A stretch of DNA of 64,000 nt from Anthoceros angustus. Taxonomy: Eukaryota; Plantae; Anthocerotophyta. This document shows, piece by piece, positions 49,481 to 61,700 of the stretch (position 1 is its first letter; every line of letters starts with the position of its first letter). The stretch covers positions 310,001-374,000 of the forward strand of contig VJWM01000063.1 in assembly GCA_010909165.1 (NCBI GenBank). The letters are read 5' to 3'. Under the pieces are notes generated by a model. The model was given only the letters and a program-made list of their open reading frames with translations. It was not told the origin of the DNA and ran no database searches. Position numbers and translations under genes: made by a program.

Positions 49481-51029
49481 AGTGATATGCTTGTATGCAC
49501 TAATTCCTTGTCCTCCCTCCATGGAAGTGTTTTCCCTTAGAAGGAGGTGGCCTAGAATTAGGAAAAGAGATTGCCCTGCAAGACAACAAGAACAAGTTAG
49601 GAGCAAGAACATTAGAAGCAATAGAAGTCCACACATCATTGCAGGAGAAATAGAAGAAACCTCTTCCTGCATAGCTAACTTCATTGCATCCATTCTAATT
49701 TCTAAATCAGATCAAGAGAAGTTGATTAATCTAGCTAGACGTGATTTGCTGGAATTTCTTAGCCCAATCCACGTCAAAGAGTTAGAGCTAGCACTCCAAC
49801 ACATCCCGAATTTGACAGCTGGTACTAACTCTCCTCAACCTTCTAGTCTGCAAGGCCAAGACATAGAAACTCTAAAATTGACAACCTAGATAGACAACTA
49901 TCATCTCTTAGAATCCAACATCTTGATCACAAGGGAGAGCTAGCTGAACTAAGGACAAAGGTGTCCATCCTCTCTAAGTTCCAAGTTGTGCAGGAATTCA
50001 AGAGCAGGTCGTCATCTCCTGATGCAAGTTATTACGCAAGGGAGGAGTTTCTAGCATGCAATAGAGAAGAAGAAAAGCTGTATCGCCGAGGCTTAGTCCT
50101 CTAGATCGCCTGCTATGGCTGGAGTAGTTAACAACGAAGAAGAAGTACCAGTGTCACCAAACACACCCAGAATGGATCCTCCTGGAAATACTAATCATAC
50201 TTTGATTAATCATTATGGTGACAGCTTTAAAGAGAAGGACATGTTCAATGGAAAGAATTAGCATCGCGACAAACAGGTGGACAAGCAGCGTGAGGGGTAG
50301 TATAATCAACATTGCAACAAACAGGCAGCTCACGACAAACAGGCGGCTTGAGGGGTAACATAACATTAGAAAATTTTTATTGAGGGGAAAAATTTGATGG
50401 GAAAAAGCACATCCTGCAAAGGTCAACCAAGGAAGACCCTGAGGGTCGTGGTGAAAAGGAGCAGCTAAGCTCCCTATCGGAAGTCACCGATTGCGCCTAC
50501 AATATCGTATGCGATTTCTTCATTGAACATTCTCGCAGTGAAGTAGAGATCCCAAATCCCTAGGGTTAGTCACACTTTGTTTCCCCAACCCTAGTTTGAG
50601 GCGTGTTGCTCAAAGAACAGGACACGGGGGGATAAAAATTAAGTTCCTCCGCTCATGTGGACCAGGCAAACAGAGAATTCAGTTCACTATTGCATCGGTT
50701 TGGACTGAAGGCGGCACCATCTCATTCAGATTTTGCAAGGAGAGCAGGGGTCAGGGGTGAATGCGCCGGCATGCGGCGCATTTACCGACCCCGCCTCCTT
50801 CCATCGAATGAGCATGTGAACATGGCGTTAGAGCGCCGGCATGAAAATGGGCACTGGCATGCCGGCGCCCTAACCCTCTCACCCGACTCAGACTCCAGTA
50901 TCCTGCATATTGCGAGGTGTTCAGCCGATGTATTCCCTTTTCCGAAAGTCCATGAATTATAGTTTTTGGGTTGGCAAGGACGTGAGGACATACATAAATA
51001 AGCCGCAATTACTACAGCGCACGGATTCA

Positions 51030-51480
51030 TATGTTCTGCGTCTATGCACTTTGTGGCTTCTTCCTTCCTTACCTGCGAGTGCGACTACCTTCGACGACTC
51101 AAGGATACACCTTGCTCATTGCCCCCATGGGGGTCATCTCATCGCCACCCATGACGCCATCCGCGATATCATGTTCGCCAAAGCCCGCAAAAGTGGCTAC
51201 ATTGCCTGGAGGGAGCGAGGGTACACTCTTCATATAGGTCGGTCAATTAGGACTGACTTGTACCTCGTCTGCGGCAACCAGGTTTCGGTGGCAGACGTGG
51301 TGATCAATCACTGACCCTGCACGTAACACCATCTTTGCGCAGGTGATCACTAATCATCCAGGTTGAGCTGCTGCCGGGGCGGCGGCTCTCAAAGTCAAGA
51401 AATATAGTGGGATGCAAGTGTGCCACCAATTCATTCCGCTCGCCCTTGCCCCTCTCCTAGCATTCTTCAGACAGTTTCAT
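51030..51480 (+). mobile_element. CRE-like endonuclease fragment
   Basis: HLAHCPHGGHLIATHDAIRD..AWRER..RTDLYL..VADVVI..KVKKY..FIPLAL. Confidence 0.8.
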
Positions 51481-51611
51481 GTAAGGGGGGCCCCGCATGC
51501 CCGTACTAATAATATTTTCTTTGTGATACGGGAGATAATAAAATTCACTCACAACCTGATACTACGCTCCCATCTTTCCATTGGCCATGACGACACCATC
51601 TAATAGATCTC

Positions 51612-51810
51612 AAACATCATAATTTTTGAAGGGGGTGAATAATCTCGATAGGGGTTTTCCGTAAATAATCTCAAGGGGTTTTGATAAAAACAAAAGCTGT
51701 GCATTCGGAAAACATCTCCGAAAAAAAGGATGTCACCCACTAAAGCTCCTACTTTCCATCCAGCAATGTTTCTGTCGAATGGTGGTCGCAAACTCAAACC
51801 TATGGGATTA
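51612..51810 (+). repeat. Dispersed repeat, second copy at 57971-58182
   Basis: aacatcataatttttgaagggggtgaataatctcg...acctatgggatt is present at both sites. Confidence 0.85.
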
Positions 51811-52401
51811 ATGCAAAGTAGGAACGGTAAGGAAGGCCGTTCCTGCCGGGAAGGAACGACTGTAAATTCAGTTTGGGGAGGAAAATGTGGTTTAGTAAGG
51901 ACACAACAAAATCCATGGACAGGGTATTTCCAAAACACAGTAACATCTGGAATCCAAACGTACAATATTCACTCTGGGACCCCGGGACAAACCGTGATTT
52001 TAGATTCACTCATCACCAGAGTTCAATCCTTCGTCATCACTTGGTCCAGCTTCTCCAGCATTGTCATCACTATCTTCAGCGGCACCTTGACTCGCAGGCT
52101 ATATGAAGCCGCACAACTCGTGGAGCTTATCCCTTATCGCTTTTTTGTCCACCGCATACACATGTTTCCGTGCGTTCAACGCAAACCCATAATGCAGTAT
52201 GGCTGTTTCATTCACAAACACCTCCTGTATGTTTTTTGGGTAATGGACCTTATTCCCTTTTTCCTCGCATCGGACTATGGGTTGGCACTGACGGACTATG
52301 TATTCCTACACATATCTCCTTTCGTACGCATCTGTGTGCTCGGTCGGATACCAGTGGATAAGAAAGTGAGGTCGTGGTGCATCTAGCTTCGCGTTCATGA
52401 C

Positions 52402-55400
52402 TGATGAAATATACCCTATTTAGGGCACTCTTCACTAGGGCACCTAAGACTATTAATTAATTTAGTTCTTAGGGCTTTAGGTAGTTTATTAAGTAGTTAG
52501 TTGTTACAACCACCTAGAGGTTAGAATTACTTATGGTTACAACCACCTTATGGTTGTAACCACCCAGCCTATATAAAGGCTTTGTATTTTCAATTTCATA
52601 AGCAATGAAAACATCTTTTGCTGAGAGCAAGGCGTGATTTTCATCATGGTATCAAAGCACCTTGCTCTCCATTTTGTGCGAGCGCAGTTTCAAGCATTTA
52701 AGGAGCTTATCTAGGAGACACTTTCCAATCTAGCACCTAGCTAGATGGATTGTGTACGTCTTAGAATTGCTGCTCTTTTATGTTTTCTTTATTATGTTTG
52801 GGCTATACGGATGAAAGGAGCCTTACGACAACGAGATCTCTAGGAGATAGTCGAAGGAAGACTTCCCAGACCCACTGAAAGATTTGAAGCACATCTTCCA
52901 ACCTCACACGGGGCCGAGGGCAGGCGCAAGATCTTATCATCGGTGGACTTTCGGAGAGATGGTGATACAAGTAGGTCATGGAAAGACCTCCCACGACATG
53001 TGGTCTCACCTTGCTCAACTCTACTCCTCAATGGATGTTATGAGTATCTTGCCGCCTCCGTAATTTCGCAACCTTCAAATGAAGGAGTCCGATTCCATTG
53101 AACATCATATAAGTGCTTTTCATTTGGAGATCTCAACTTGAAGCTGCAAGTGGCATCCTTGTCCATGAGTTGGAAGCATATGTTATCCTTCTATCTTCTT
53201 TGCCGCCGTCTTATAGAGCTTTTGCCATTACTCAAAATGCTGTCCTGCGTAATGCAAGAAGGGAGGCAGATGAGAATCCACTTGGAGACATTAAGCTCAG
53301 CATCGCCGAACTCATAGGAGCGTTGATGCAAGAGGAATCAATTCGGCGACACTCCAGAGCCAATAAGCAACAGGTGATGTTCACTGGAAGGGGCAACGGA
53401 AGAGGACGAGGCAGAGGCCGAGGTTCTGCTTCCCAGCGACCCCAGTATTCCAATGACAACTCTCGAAGACGAGAGCCTTCTTCTTCAACACCTGTAAGAG
53501 GTACTAAGAAGAAAGGCACCATTTGTAATTGTTGCAGGATCCCAAATCACATGGAAAAGGACTATTACAAAAAGAGGAACGGGGAACCTCGCAAGGAGGC
53601 CCCATCCGAGCTAACGTTCTTTGTGAAGAAATCTTCAACAACACTACCTTATTAATGCATGAACCCATATCAACTCCTGATCCTAATTTTGCACAGCAAG
53701 TTCAAGCAAGTTAATACCCCGTGGTATCTTGACAGTGGAGCGACCTAACATATCTGCAACAACAAGGACTCTTTTGAGTCATATTCCCCATCTTCCGGAC
53801 ACAAGACTGTCCTATTGGGTGATGATCATAACCTTCCCATAGCTGGAACAGGTTCAGTTGTTTTCAGATGTAATTCAAGTCAAGATTTACACCTCCATGA
53901 CATCCTCCATGTACCCTCCATGTGCAAGAATTTAGTATCAACTGCAAGTCTCTGCGAAGAGCATGATATGCAAGTGATCCTTTATTCAGGTAGCTGTCTA
54001 GTCTCTTATTTAAGTGATAGATACAACACCATCTGTTCAGGCACTAAAGAAAGCGGCCTTTACCGCTGCCTGCAAGGAGCCTTACGACAACGAGATCTCT
54101 AGGAGATAGTCGAAGGAAGACTTCCCAGACCCACTGAAAGATTTGAAGCACATCTTCCAACCTCCTGGGACGCCAGGGACGAGAAGGCGCAAGATCTTAT
54201 CATCAGTGGACTTTCGGAGCAGATGGTGATACAAGTAGGTCATGCAAAGACCTCCCACGACATGTGGTCTCACCTTGCTCAACTCTACTCCTCAATGGAT
54301 GTTATGAGTATCGTTGCCGCCTCCCGTAATTTCCGCAACCTTCAAATGAAGGAGTCTGATTCCATTGAACATCATATAAGTGCTTTTCGATTGGCGAGAT
54401 CTCAACTTGAAGCTGCAAGTGGCATCCTTGTCCATGAGTTGGAAGCATATGTTATCCTTCTATCTTCTTTGCCGCCGTCTTATAGAGCTTTTGCCACAAC
54501 TCAAAATGCTGTCCTGCGTAATGCAAGAAGGAGGCGAGATGAGAATCCACTTGGAGACATTAAGCTCCGCCGAACTCATAGGGCGTTGATGCAAGAGGAA
54601 TCAATTCGGCGACACTCCGAGCCAATAAGCAGTGATGTTCCTTTGGAAGGGGCAACGGAAGGGGCGAGGCCGAGGTTACGCTTCCAGCGACCCGATTCCA
54701 ATGACAACTCTCGAAGACGAGAGCCTTCTTCTTCAACACCTGTAAGAGGTACTAAGAAGAAAGGCACCATTTGTAATTGTTGCAGGATCCCAAATCACAT
54801 GGAAAAGGACTGTTACAAAAAGAGGAACGGGGAACCTTGCAAAGAGGCCCCATCCGGAGCTAACGTTGCTGTGAAGAAATCTTCAACAACACCCTCTGTA
54901 TTATTAATGCATGAACCCATATCAACTCCTACAGTCCTAACTGTTTGCCTGGCAAGTTCCAAGCAAGTTAATACCCCGTGGTATCTTGACAGTGGAGCGA
55001 CCTAACATATCTGCAACAACAAGGACTCTTTTGAGTCATATTCCCCATCTTCCGGACACAATCCTATTGGGTGATGATCATAACCTTCCCATTTGGAGCA
55101 GTTGATTGTTTTCAGATGTAATTCAAGTCAAGATTTACACCTCCATGACATCCTCCATGTACCCTCCATGTGCAAGAATTTAGTATCAACTGCAAGTCTC
55201 TGCGAGCATGATATGCAAGTGATCCTTTATTCGGTAGTCACTAGTCTCTTATTTAAGTGATAGATACAACACCATCTGTTCAGGCACTAAAGAAAGCGGC
55301 CTTTACCGCTCGTCTGTACAAGCCGGAGCCTCTCATTCTGCTTATGTTGCCTCACAGAATACAGCGACACCCTCTCACACTATGCTTTGGCATTGTCGCT

Positions 55401-55500
55401 TAGGTCATCCTAATAGTCAGAAATTACAGCAAATGTCAAAAGAGAATTTATATCGAATCCCTTGCCTTGCAAAGGTTGAGCACCTCCCTTGGTGCGAAAC
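52402..55500 (+). mobile_element. Ty1/copia element A: 5' LTR (52402-52646), PBS, gag-PR (tandemly duplicated ~1.26 kb), start of integrase
   Basis: LTR TGATGAAA...TTTCATCA and PBS TGGTATCAAAGC (tRNA-iMet type) at 52647-52658. Motifs LLSSLPPSY, CNCCRIPNHMEKDC, WYLDSGAT and LWHCRLGHP. Segment 52816-54066 is repeated at 54075-55310. Confidence 0.92.
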
Positions 55501-57185
55501 TGTTAAATATACTACTTTAGTTTGGTTACATTACTACCATTTAGGGTTAGTGGTAGTTATGACAGTTACTTTTTAGTTTTAGGATATATACAATGTGTTC
55601 TTCCTTTTCTAATCTAATGCATATGTGGTTTCGTGTGTTCATTTCTATTTGTGCACATGTTAATCCCATAATTTATCATGGTATCAGAGCAGAGTATAAT
55701 CTGCTCATTTTGCTCCACTAAAATTCTGCTGTTTTATTGAATTATATGAACTTTCTTGATTCTGCTTAAAGAATATGTATTTCTTTTTATTCTAATGCAT
55801 GGTATGATGCCTCGTAAAAATTTCTACAGGCAATCATGGCTAGCTGTTGATAGGGTTGTGGAGAACAAGAAAATTTCTCTACCTATAGAGTCAAATTTTC
55901 AAGAAGAATTTGAGAGTTTGTATTTTAAGCAATCTTTACCTTCTTCTCAACAAGAAGATAGGTTACGATTTCTAAAATCTTTTATTTCATCTTATAGACC
56001 AGATGACTAGACCAGACCAGATGTTCATTGTTTATGTTCTAAGGATAGGTCTGGTTTAGATTTAGATTGTAATTCATCTTCCTCAAAACCTTACCGTCTT
56101 CTTGCTTCTATAGATAATAATTCTGAGGCTTTACTTAATTCAGTAGTGAATTTGAAAAGTCTTGTCTTGGAAATTTCCTGTAAAGTAGAAATGTTGTCTC
56201 ATAGATACGACAAATTACAGGCATGTAATTCCACTTCTATAGTCAAGAATGAATTAGAATTACATAAGCAGATTAAAGAAATTCAGAAGCTAAAGGAGCA
56301 GATGTCTGCTCTAACTGCTTCTACTCCTACTTCTTGAGAATTGCTATCCAACATCATGGCGGACAACGACAGATTACAAGAGAAAGATCGTCTAACGTCT
56401 GCCAATTATGATGCTTGGAGTTATAGGATAAGAACTATCCTAGAGGAGAAGCAATTAATGGATGTCGTTGATGGAACACTTCCTGAACGATTGGCTGGAC
56501 AGCCTTCGGGCTCAACTACACCTGGTGGTACACCTGTTCTCTGGACGCAAAAGGAAGACGAAACATGGCACAAGTCAGACCGGAAGGCCAAAACAATTCT
56601 GATTTCATCAATTTCTCAAGAGATGATTCCGCATGTCAAGTTAACGAAACATTCCAGTGAAGTCTGGTCCTTATTTGTTGAGACATATGAAGCAAAGGAT
56701 ATGATGACGGAAGTTGCGGCAACTCTTCATTTTCAGAATTTGAGGATGAAAGAAAGTGATTCCATTGAATCTCATGTGGCCAAGTTTCGAGCTGCTCATG
56801 CCAAACTCGCATCTTGTGGAGTTCTTCTCTCTGAGTCTAGAGCTGCAGTTCAGTTGTTAGCATCTCTGCCACCTAGCTACGAGCAATGGAGCTCGAGCCA
56901 GCAGGCTGTAGCAACAGTTATTCCAGCCACAGCGACTACTCCTGCAACCACGAATTTGACAGTAGTAGGAGCTCTATTACAAGCAGAAGCTAATAGAAAA
57001 CATATGAAAGCAGGATCCAGTGGAGGGGGCTCATCTCACAAACAATCCGACACTGCTCTTTATTCTGGTCGCGGAAGAGGAAGAGGCAGGGGTCGAGGGC
57101 GTGGAGGATTCGGACGTGGTCGTGGTGGCCAGTCCTCAAATCAGTCTTCCAATCATGGAAACAACTCTAGCTCTCATGGTGGGAA
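55501..57185 (+). mobile_element. Ty1/copia element B nested in integrase of A: 5' LTR (55501-55678), PBS, gag
   Basis: LTR TGTTAAAT...ATTTATCA and PBS TGGTATCAGAGC at 55679-55690. Gag motifs LTSANYDAWS, LLASLPPSY and RGRG; truncated before the knuckle. Confidence 0.9.
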
Positions 57186-57689
57186 CTTCGAAGACGCGGA
57201 GGAGGCAAGACTTAAGAGTACGGAAGTAGTCTTCGATAGCGTGTCTGGGCAGTGCCCACTAGAGTCCCAACCTTGTGCGGATTAATTGGGCGATTAGGTC
57301 AAAGTTGACGGCGGCAGGGTTGTCCACGGATTTCAGGAATTCGTTATAGTGCAAAAGCACCAGCATGCCGGCGCCGTTTGACTATATACATGTTCTGTGT
57401 TTGGGATTTAAATACTTTGTGCATTTGTTCTTGGCCATTGCCGTCATCATAGTTTGCATATATTCGTTGTATGCGCCGACACAGGCTTCCTCATGACCGT
57501 ATCCAGCATATTATATACGATGAAATCGGACAAAACCATATTGTATCCATTCAGCAACCTGCAGCCAAAAACCCGATGAATGAAAAAAGGCGCTTTTGTG
57601 ACCATGAGGACATAGAAAAGTGGTCCGAGGTTTCTGGAAGCGGCTTCATATATTCAGCCCCTTCAAATATTACCATGTTCTTCTATCTT

Positions 57690-57900
57690 TGGCCATCAGA
57701 TCCTTCAAGCTTAAGCACTCCATCTTTGCCTACTCGCACGACTCGCAAGATGACTCTGTTGATGGATACCTCCAAGGTGTTGGCTGGCTTTCGCAGATAG
57801 ACATAGTCTCCAACTTCGTATTTGTGCACCTTGGGTTTCCATATCCCTCCTCTTGTGTAAGCATGTGACAATAGAACTTAGAATTTAGGAGCGATAGCTC
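57690..57900 (-). pseudogene. Gypsy integrase C-terminal fragment (same lineage as 36150-36400)
   Basis: YTRGGIWKPKVHKYEVGDYVYL..ILRV..VLKLEGSDG. Confidence 0.75.
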
Positions 57901-58738
57901 ACCTTGAAGAACATATTGTAGTAAGGTGGAAAAAGAAGGAGCACGAGGTAGGTTGTATAGATACTAGAAGTAACATCATAATTTTTGAAGGGGGTGAATA
58001 ATCTCGACAGGGGTTTTCCGTAAATAATCTCTGAAGGGGGTTTTTGATGGGCCCTAAAACAGCGTTCTTAAGGCATTCCGAAAAACATCTCCGAAAAAAA
58101 GGGTGTCACCCACTAAAGTTCCTACTTTTCATCCAGCAATGTTTCTGTCGAATGGTGGTTGTAAACTCGAACCTATGGGATTGTGGCGCGACTTTCACTG
58201 ACGGCCAGCCGAGCGCGCACAATCCCGTGTCGTTGTAGCAAGGGGTCCATTCCCAAGAGAATGATAGGCTCCGTTTGGCACGTTTTCAACCGATTCTCAC
58301 CCCCAACGTCGTGACCGTTCGGACTTAAGCGCGCGCATGCACAGTTCTACAACTAACTACTCTGAACATTCACCGAACAGGCCCAGTGTGGCCAAACGTT
58401 TAAGGACTCGTTCGCATCCGTACCCTATCAGTCCGTCCCTCGTCCGTCTAGTCCGCTCTCCTCACCTCTCTCAATACACTCATTGTTCTTGGAGAAAAGA
58501 GTGGGTGGGCTGCGTGGTCCGGACCTCCTTCGTCGTATCGCCGGGCCTCTCCGTCCGGGCTCTACACGCCCTCCCGGGGTCCCCCAGCTCACGCGTTCCG
58601 GTTCGTCCGACGTCGGGCCGCTGCTCCGGAAGAGCAAGGGTCTCTGATCGTCCACTCCTGCACACACCACCACACGTTAGGGTCCATCACGGGACCTTGA
58701 TCGGTCTCTCCGGGCTTGCTTTCGATGACTCAGTCTCA

Positions 58739-61700
58739 CGTTAGCAAAGGCGCATAGGTCTACATGAAAGCAAGTATCCACCCCAAGAAAAAGATTGTGA
58801 GGTTTATGGATTTACACCACAACTGAGGGGCGACAGCACCGATAGCACACAAGAAGATTGTCTATATTACAAAAGAATAACATAAAATAGGTCTGTGTCT
58901 GGTGAACAGTTATAACTAATAAGTATCAAGCTAGGGTTAGCGTTTCATACTAACTAAGTATATAGCAATGCCCTAATTAACTAACATTTAATTATTCAAC
59001 ACCCCCTCTCATTGTATATACAGCTAAATACCAAAAACAAAAGGAAAAATAGTTGAATTATGAAAGCAAGGGTGACTACGTCCCGCGTTCGTCACACTCG
59101 TTCGACAGTCTTCCGCCTACTAGCTAACTGAGCTCCAGCTCTTGAAATTCGCCTAAGTCACATGCGCTCCAAGGCTGCCATGGTCGGCTCGTGGCAGCCT
59201 GCTGATCCGCACCGAGGATCAGCTAGTCAAGGAATATATCACGCATCCCAAGACGCAGGTTCGACTTACGCACAAAGCATAGGAGGCGCTGGATGCCTTA
59301 AATGCAACGCCGCCCTCTCCAGCAGCTAAGGAGTTTCGGCCTGCACTTCAGAAACTCCGCAAAGTCTCAACGCTCCAGCATGCCCTGTGCATCCTAAAAA
59401 GACCATACGGAAGATGTCGAACAGGGGAGCCGCGAGACACTGGCAGAAGTGCCTGATGGAGGCGAATGAGAGAGAGGCTAAGCTGGTACAGGACGTGGCA
59501 ACAGTGGGTTGTGGCTGCGGCTACATCCTCTAGGCAACCAGCTGCTTTTGAGAGAAGTCAACTGAGGGTCTGGACAGTGTTGTGATTCCTGAATCTTACC
59601 AGCCCAGAGAGTATAAGCTGCCCCTTGGACATATCTACAGGATGAGGTGCGTGGTGACTGACGGTGACGGTGTGAATGATACATCTGCCCAACTTCAAAG
59701 GTAACAAAGTTTCGGCAGAACTGGTGGAGACGAGGAGGACAGGCAATTTTGTGCCCTATTATGGTAAGCTTGCAGCATGTCAGTTGTTTGCTCACTGTTG
59801 GTGTGATTCGACCTGCTGCTAACACATGTCACATCTGTTGATCAGTATCCAGGGAGAGAATGGCAGAGGAGTCTGGGATGGTGTGGACTAGAAAGTTAGT
59901 ACTGAACTTATTTATACCTACCTAGCAGCTCCTCAAACCATCTCTCTTACACTCTGCTGGACATGTTGGATGTGTGAAGTGGCCCTAACACTCCTCAAGC
60001 TTCCTTGAACTGGTGGTGCTTCAGTCTTGGTAAGGCCTTGGTAAGGAGATCTGCGATTTCAAAGGTATGTATTCCTTTAACCTCCGCCTCGGCGATGCAC
60101 GATAAACGGTGATGAACCTCTATGTGCTTTGTACGGGCATGGAAGACTGGGTTCTGAGCTAGAGCCAATGCAGATTGGTTGTCACAAAAGATGACTGTTG
60201 GATGTTTTTGTGGCTGACCCACATCAGCTAACAATCTCCCTAGCCATATGGCTTCTTTAGAAGCTTGAGTTAACGTTGAATACTCCGCCTCTGTCGATGA
60301 GAGAGAAACAGTCGTTTGTTTCTTGGAGGACCATGTAACAGCACCACCTGCAAGCAAAAAGGTGTAGGCACAAACTGACCATTTGGTATCTGGGTTTGAG
60401 GCCCAATCAACATCGCAGTAGCCCAGCAAGGTAAGTCCCTCGTCCTCATGTGTACGCTTCAGGTAGTGAATGCCGTGTCCACTCGTTCCCTTTAAATATC
60501 TCAGGATTCTCTTTGTTGCTGACCAATGTGCACGTCCTGGCTCCTTCAGATATTGTGAAACCATGCTAACGGGCAGAGCCACATCCGGACGAGTGTGGTT
60601 GGAGCAGAAAATTAACGACCCAACTGCCTAAGCATAAGGAACAGCACTCATATCGGCCTTGTCTTCGTCAGTCTGAGGAGACTGAGTAACTGAAAGCTTG
60701 CACCCAGCCTCTAGGGGAGTGAGAGCTACCTTCGCTTCTATTAACTTGTACTTGTATAGCATATCAAAAATATATTTCTCTTGGTGCACTAACAAGGTTC
60801 CACTGGCAGGATCTCGCTGAAGCTGAGTACCAAGGCAGTAGGATAATTCACCTATATCTACCATGTCAAAGCGACCTGACAAAAAGCTCTTCACTCGGGA
60901 AATACCATTCAGGTCAGTACCCAGAAGTATGCAATCATCTACATAAAGGGCCAGTATGACAAAGCTGCCCTTGTTGTCTTGCAGGAAATAGACATTTGAA
61001 TCAGCAAAGCTCTTTAGGAAACCACGACCTAATAGAAAAACATCGATGCACTGGTACCAGGCACGAGGGCTTTGCTTGAGACCATAGATGGTCTTCAGCA
61101 ACTTACACACCCACTCCTCTTTGCCGGTAAACTCAAACCCCTCTGGTTGTTGCATAAAAATTTCCTCCTCTAAATTCCCATGTAAAAAGGCGGTTTTAAC
61201 ATCCATCTGGTGGATATGCAGACCAAAGAAGGCAGACATCGCGAAAAGGACACGAATAGACTGGGACTTAACCACGGGTGAGAAAGTATCGTGATAATCT
61301 AAGCCTGGCACTTGGGAAAAACCTCGAGCTACTAATCGAGCTTTATACCTGGCTATGCTTCCGTCCGCCTTATATTTAAGCTTGAAAACCCATTTCGAGG
61401 TTACTATTTTCCTCCCTTCAGGTGGTGGCATAGCTCCCAGGTCTTGTTCTGAATCAGGGAGTCGTATTCAGATTGAATTGCCTCTTTCCAGTGCTTTGCA
61501 TCCTATCCAGTAATAGCCTCTTTGTACGTGACAGGCATGAGCATATCCAGGGTTGATCACCACATGCACCATGTCGACAACCACCTCATCCGCCCCTGAG
61601 CCATGAGGACGAGGCACCTTCCTGAAGTCTTCACTTCTGTAGGGAGGCTCCCTCCATTCCTCTGGGGGTCTTCTATGCCGTGTGGAACGACGAAGTGGTT

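Noticed and set aside
51730-52386. 218-aa hydrophobic ORF
   Set aside because: No recognisable motif; it starts in a dispersed repeat, and the opposite strand looks more coding-like (decayed).
58177-58226. Hairpin GGGATTGTG-GCGC...GCGCGCACAATCCC as a possible ncRNA or terminator
   Set aside because: A single short stem at a repeat junction, with no tRNA, snoRNA or miRNA features that can be supported.
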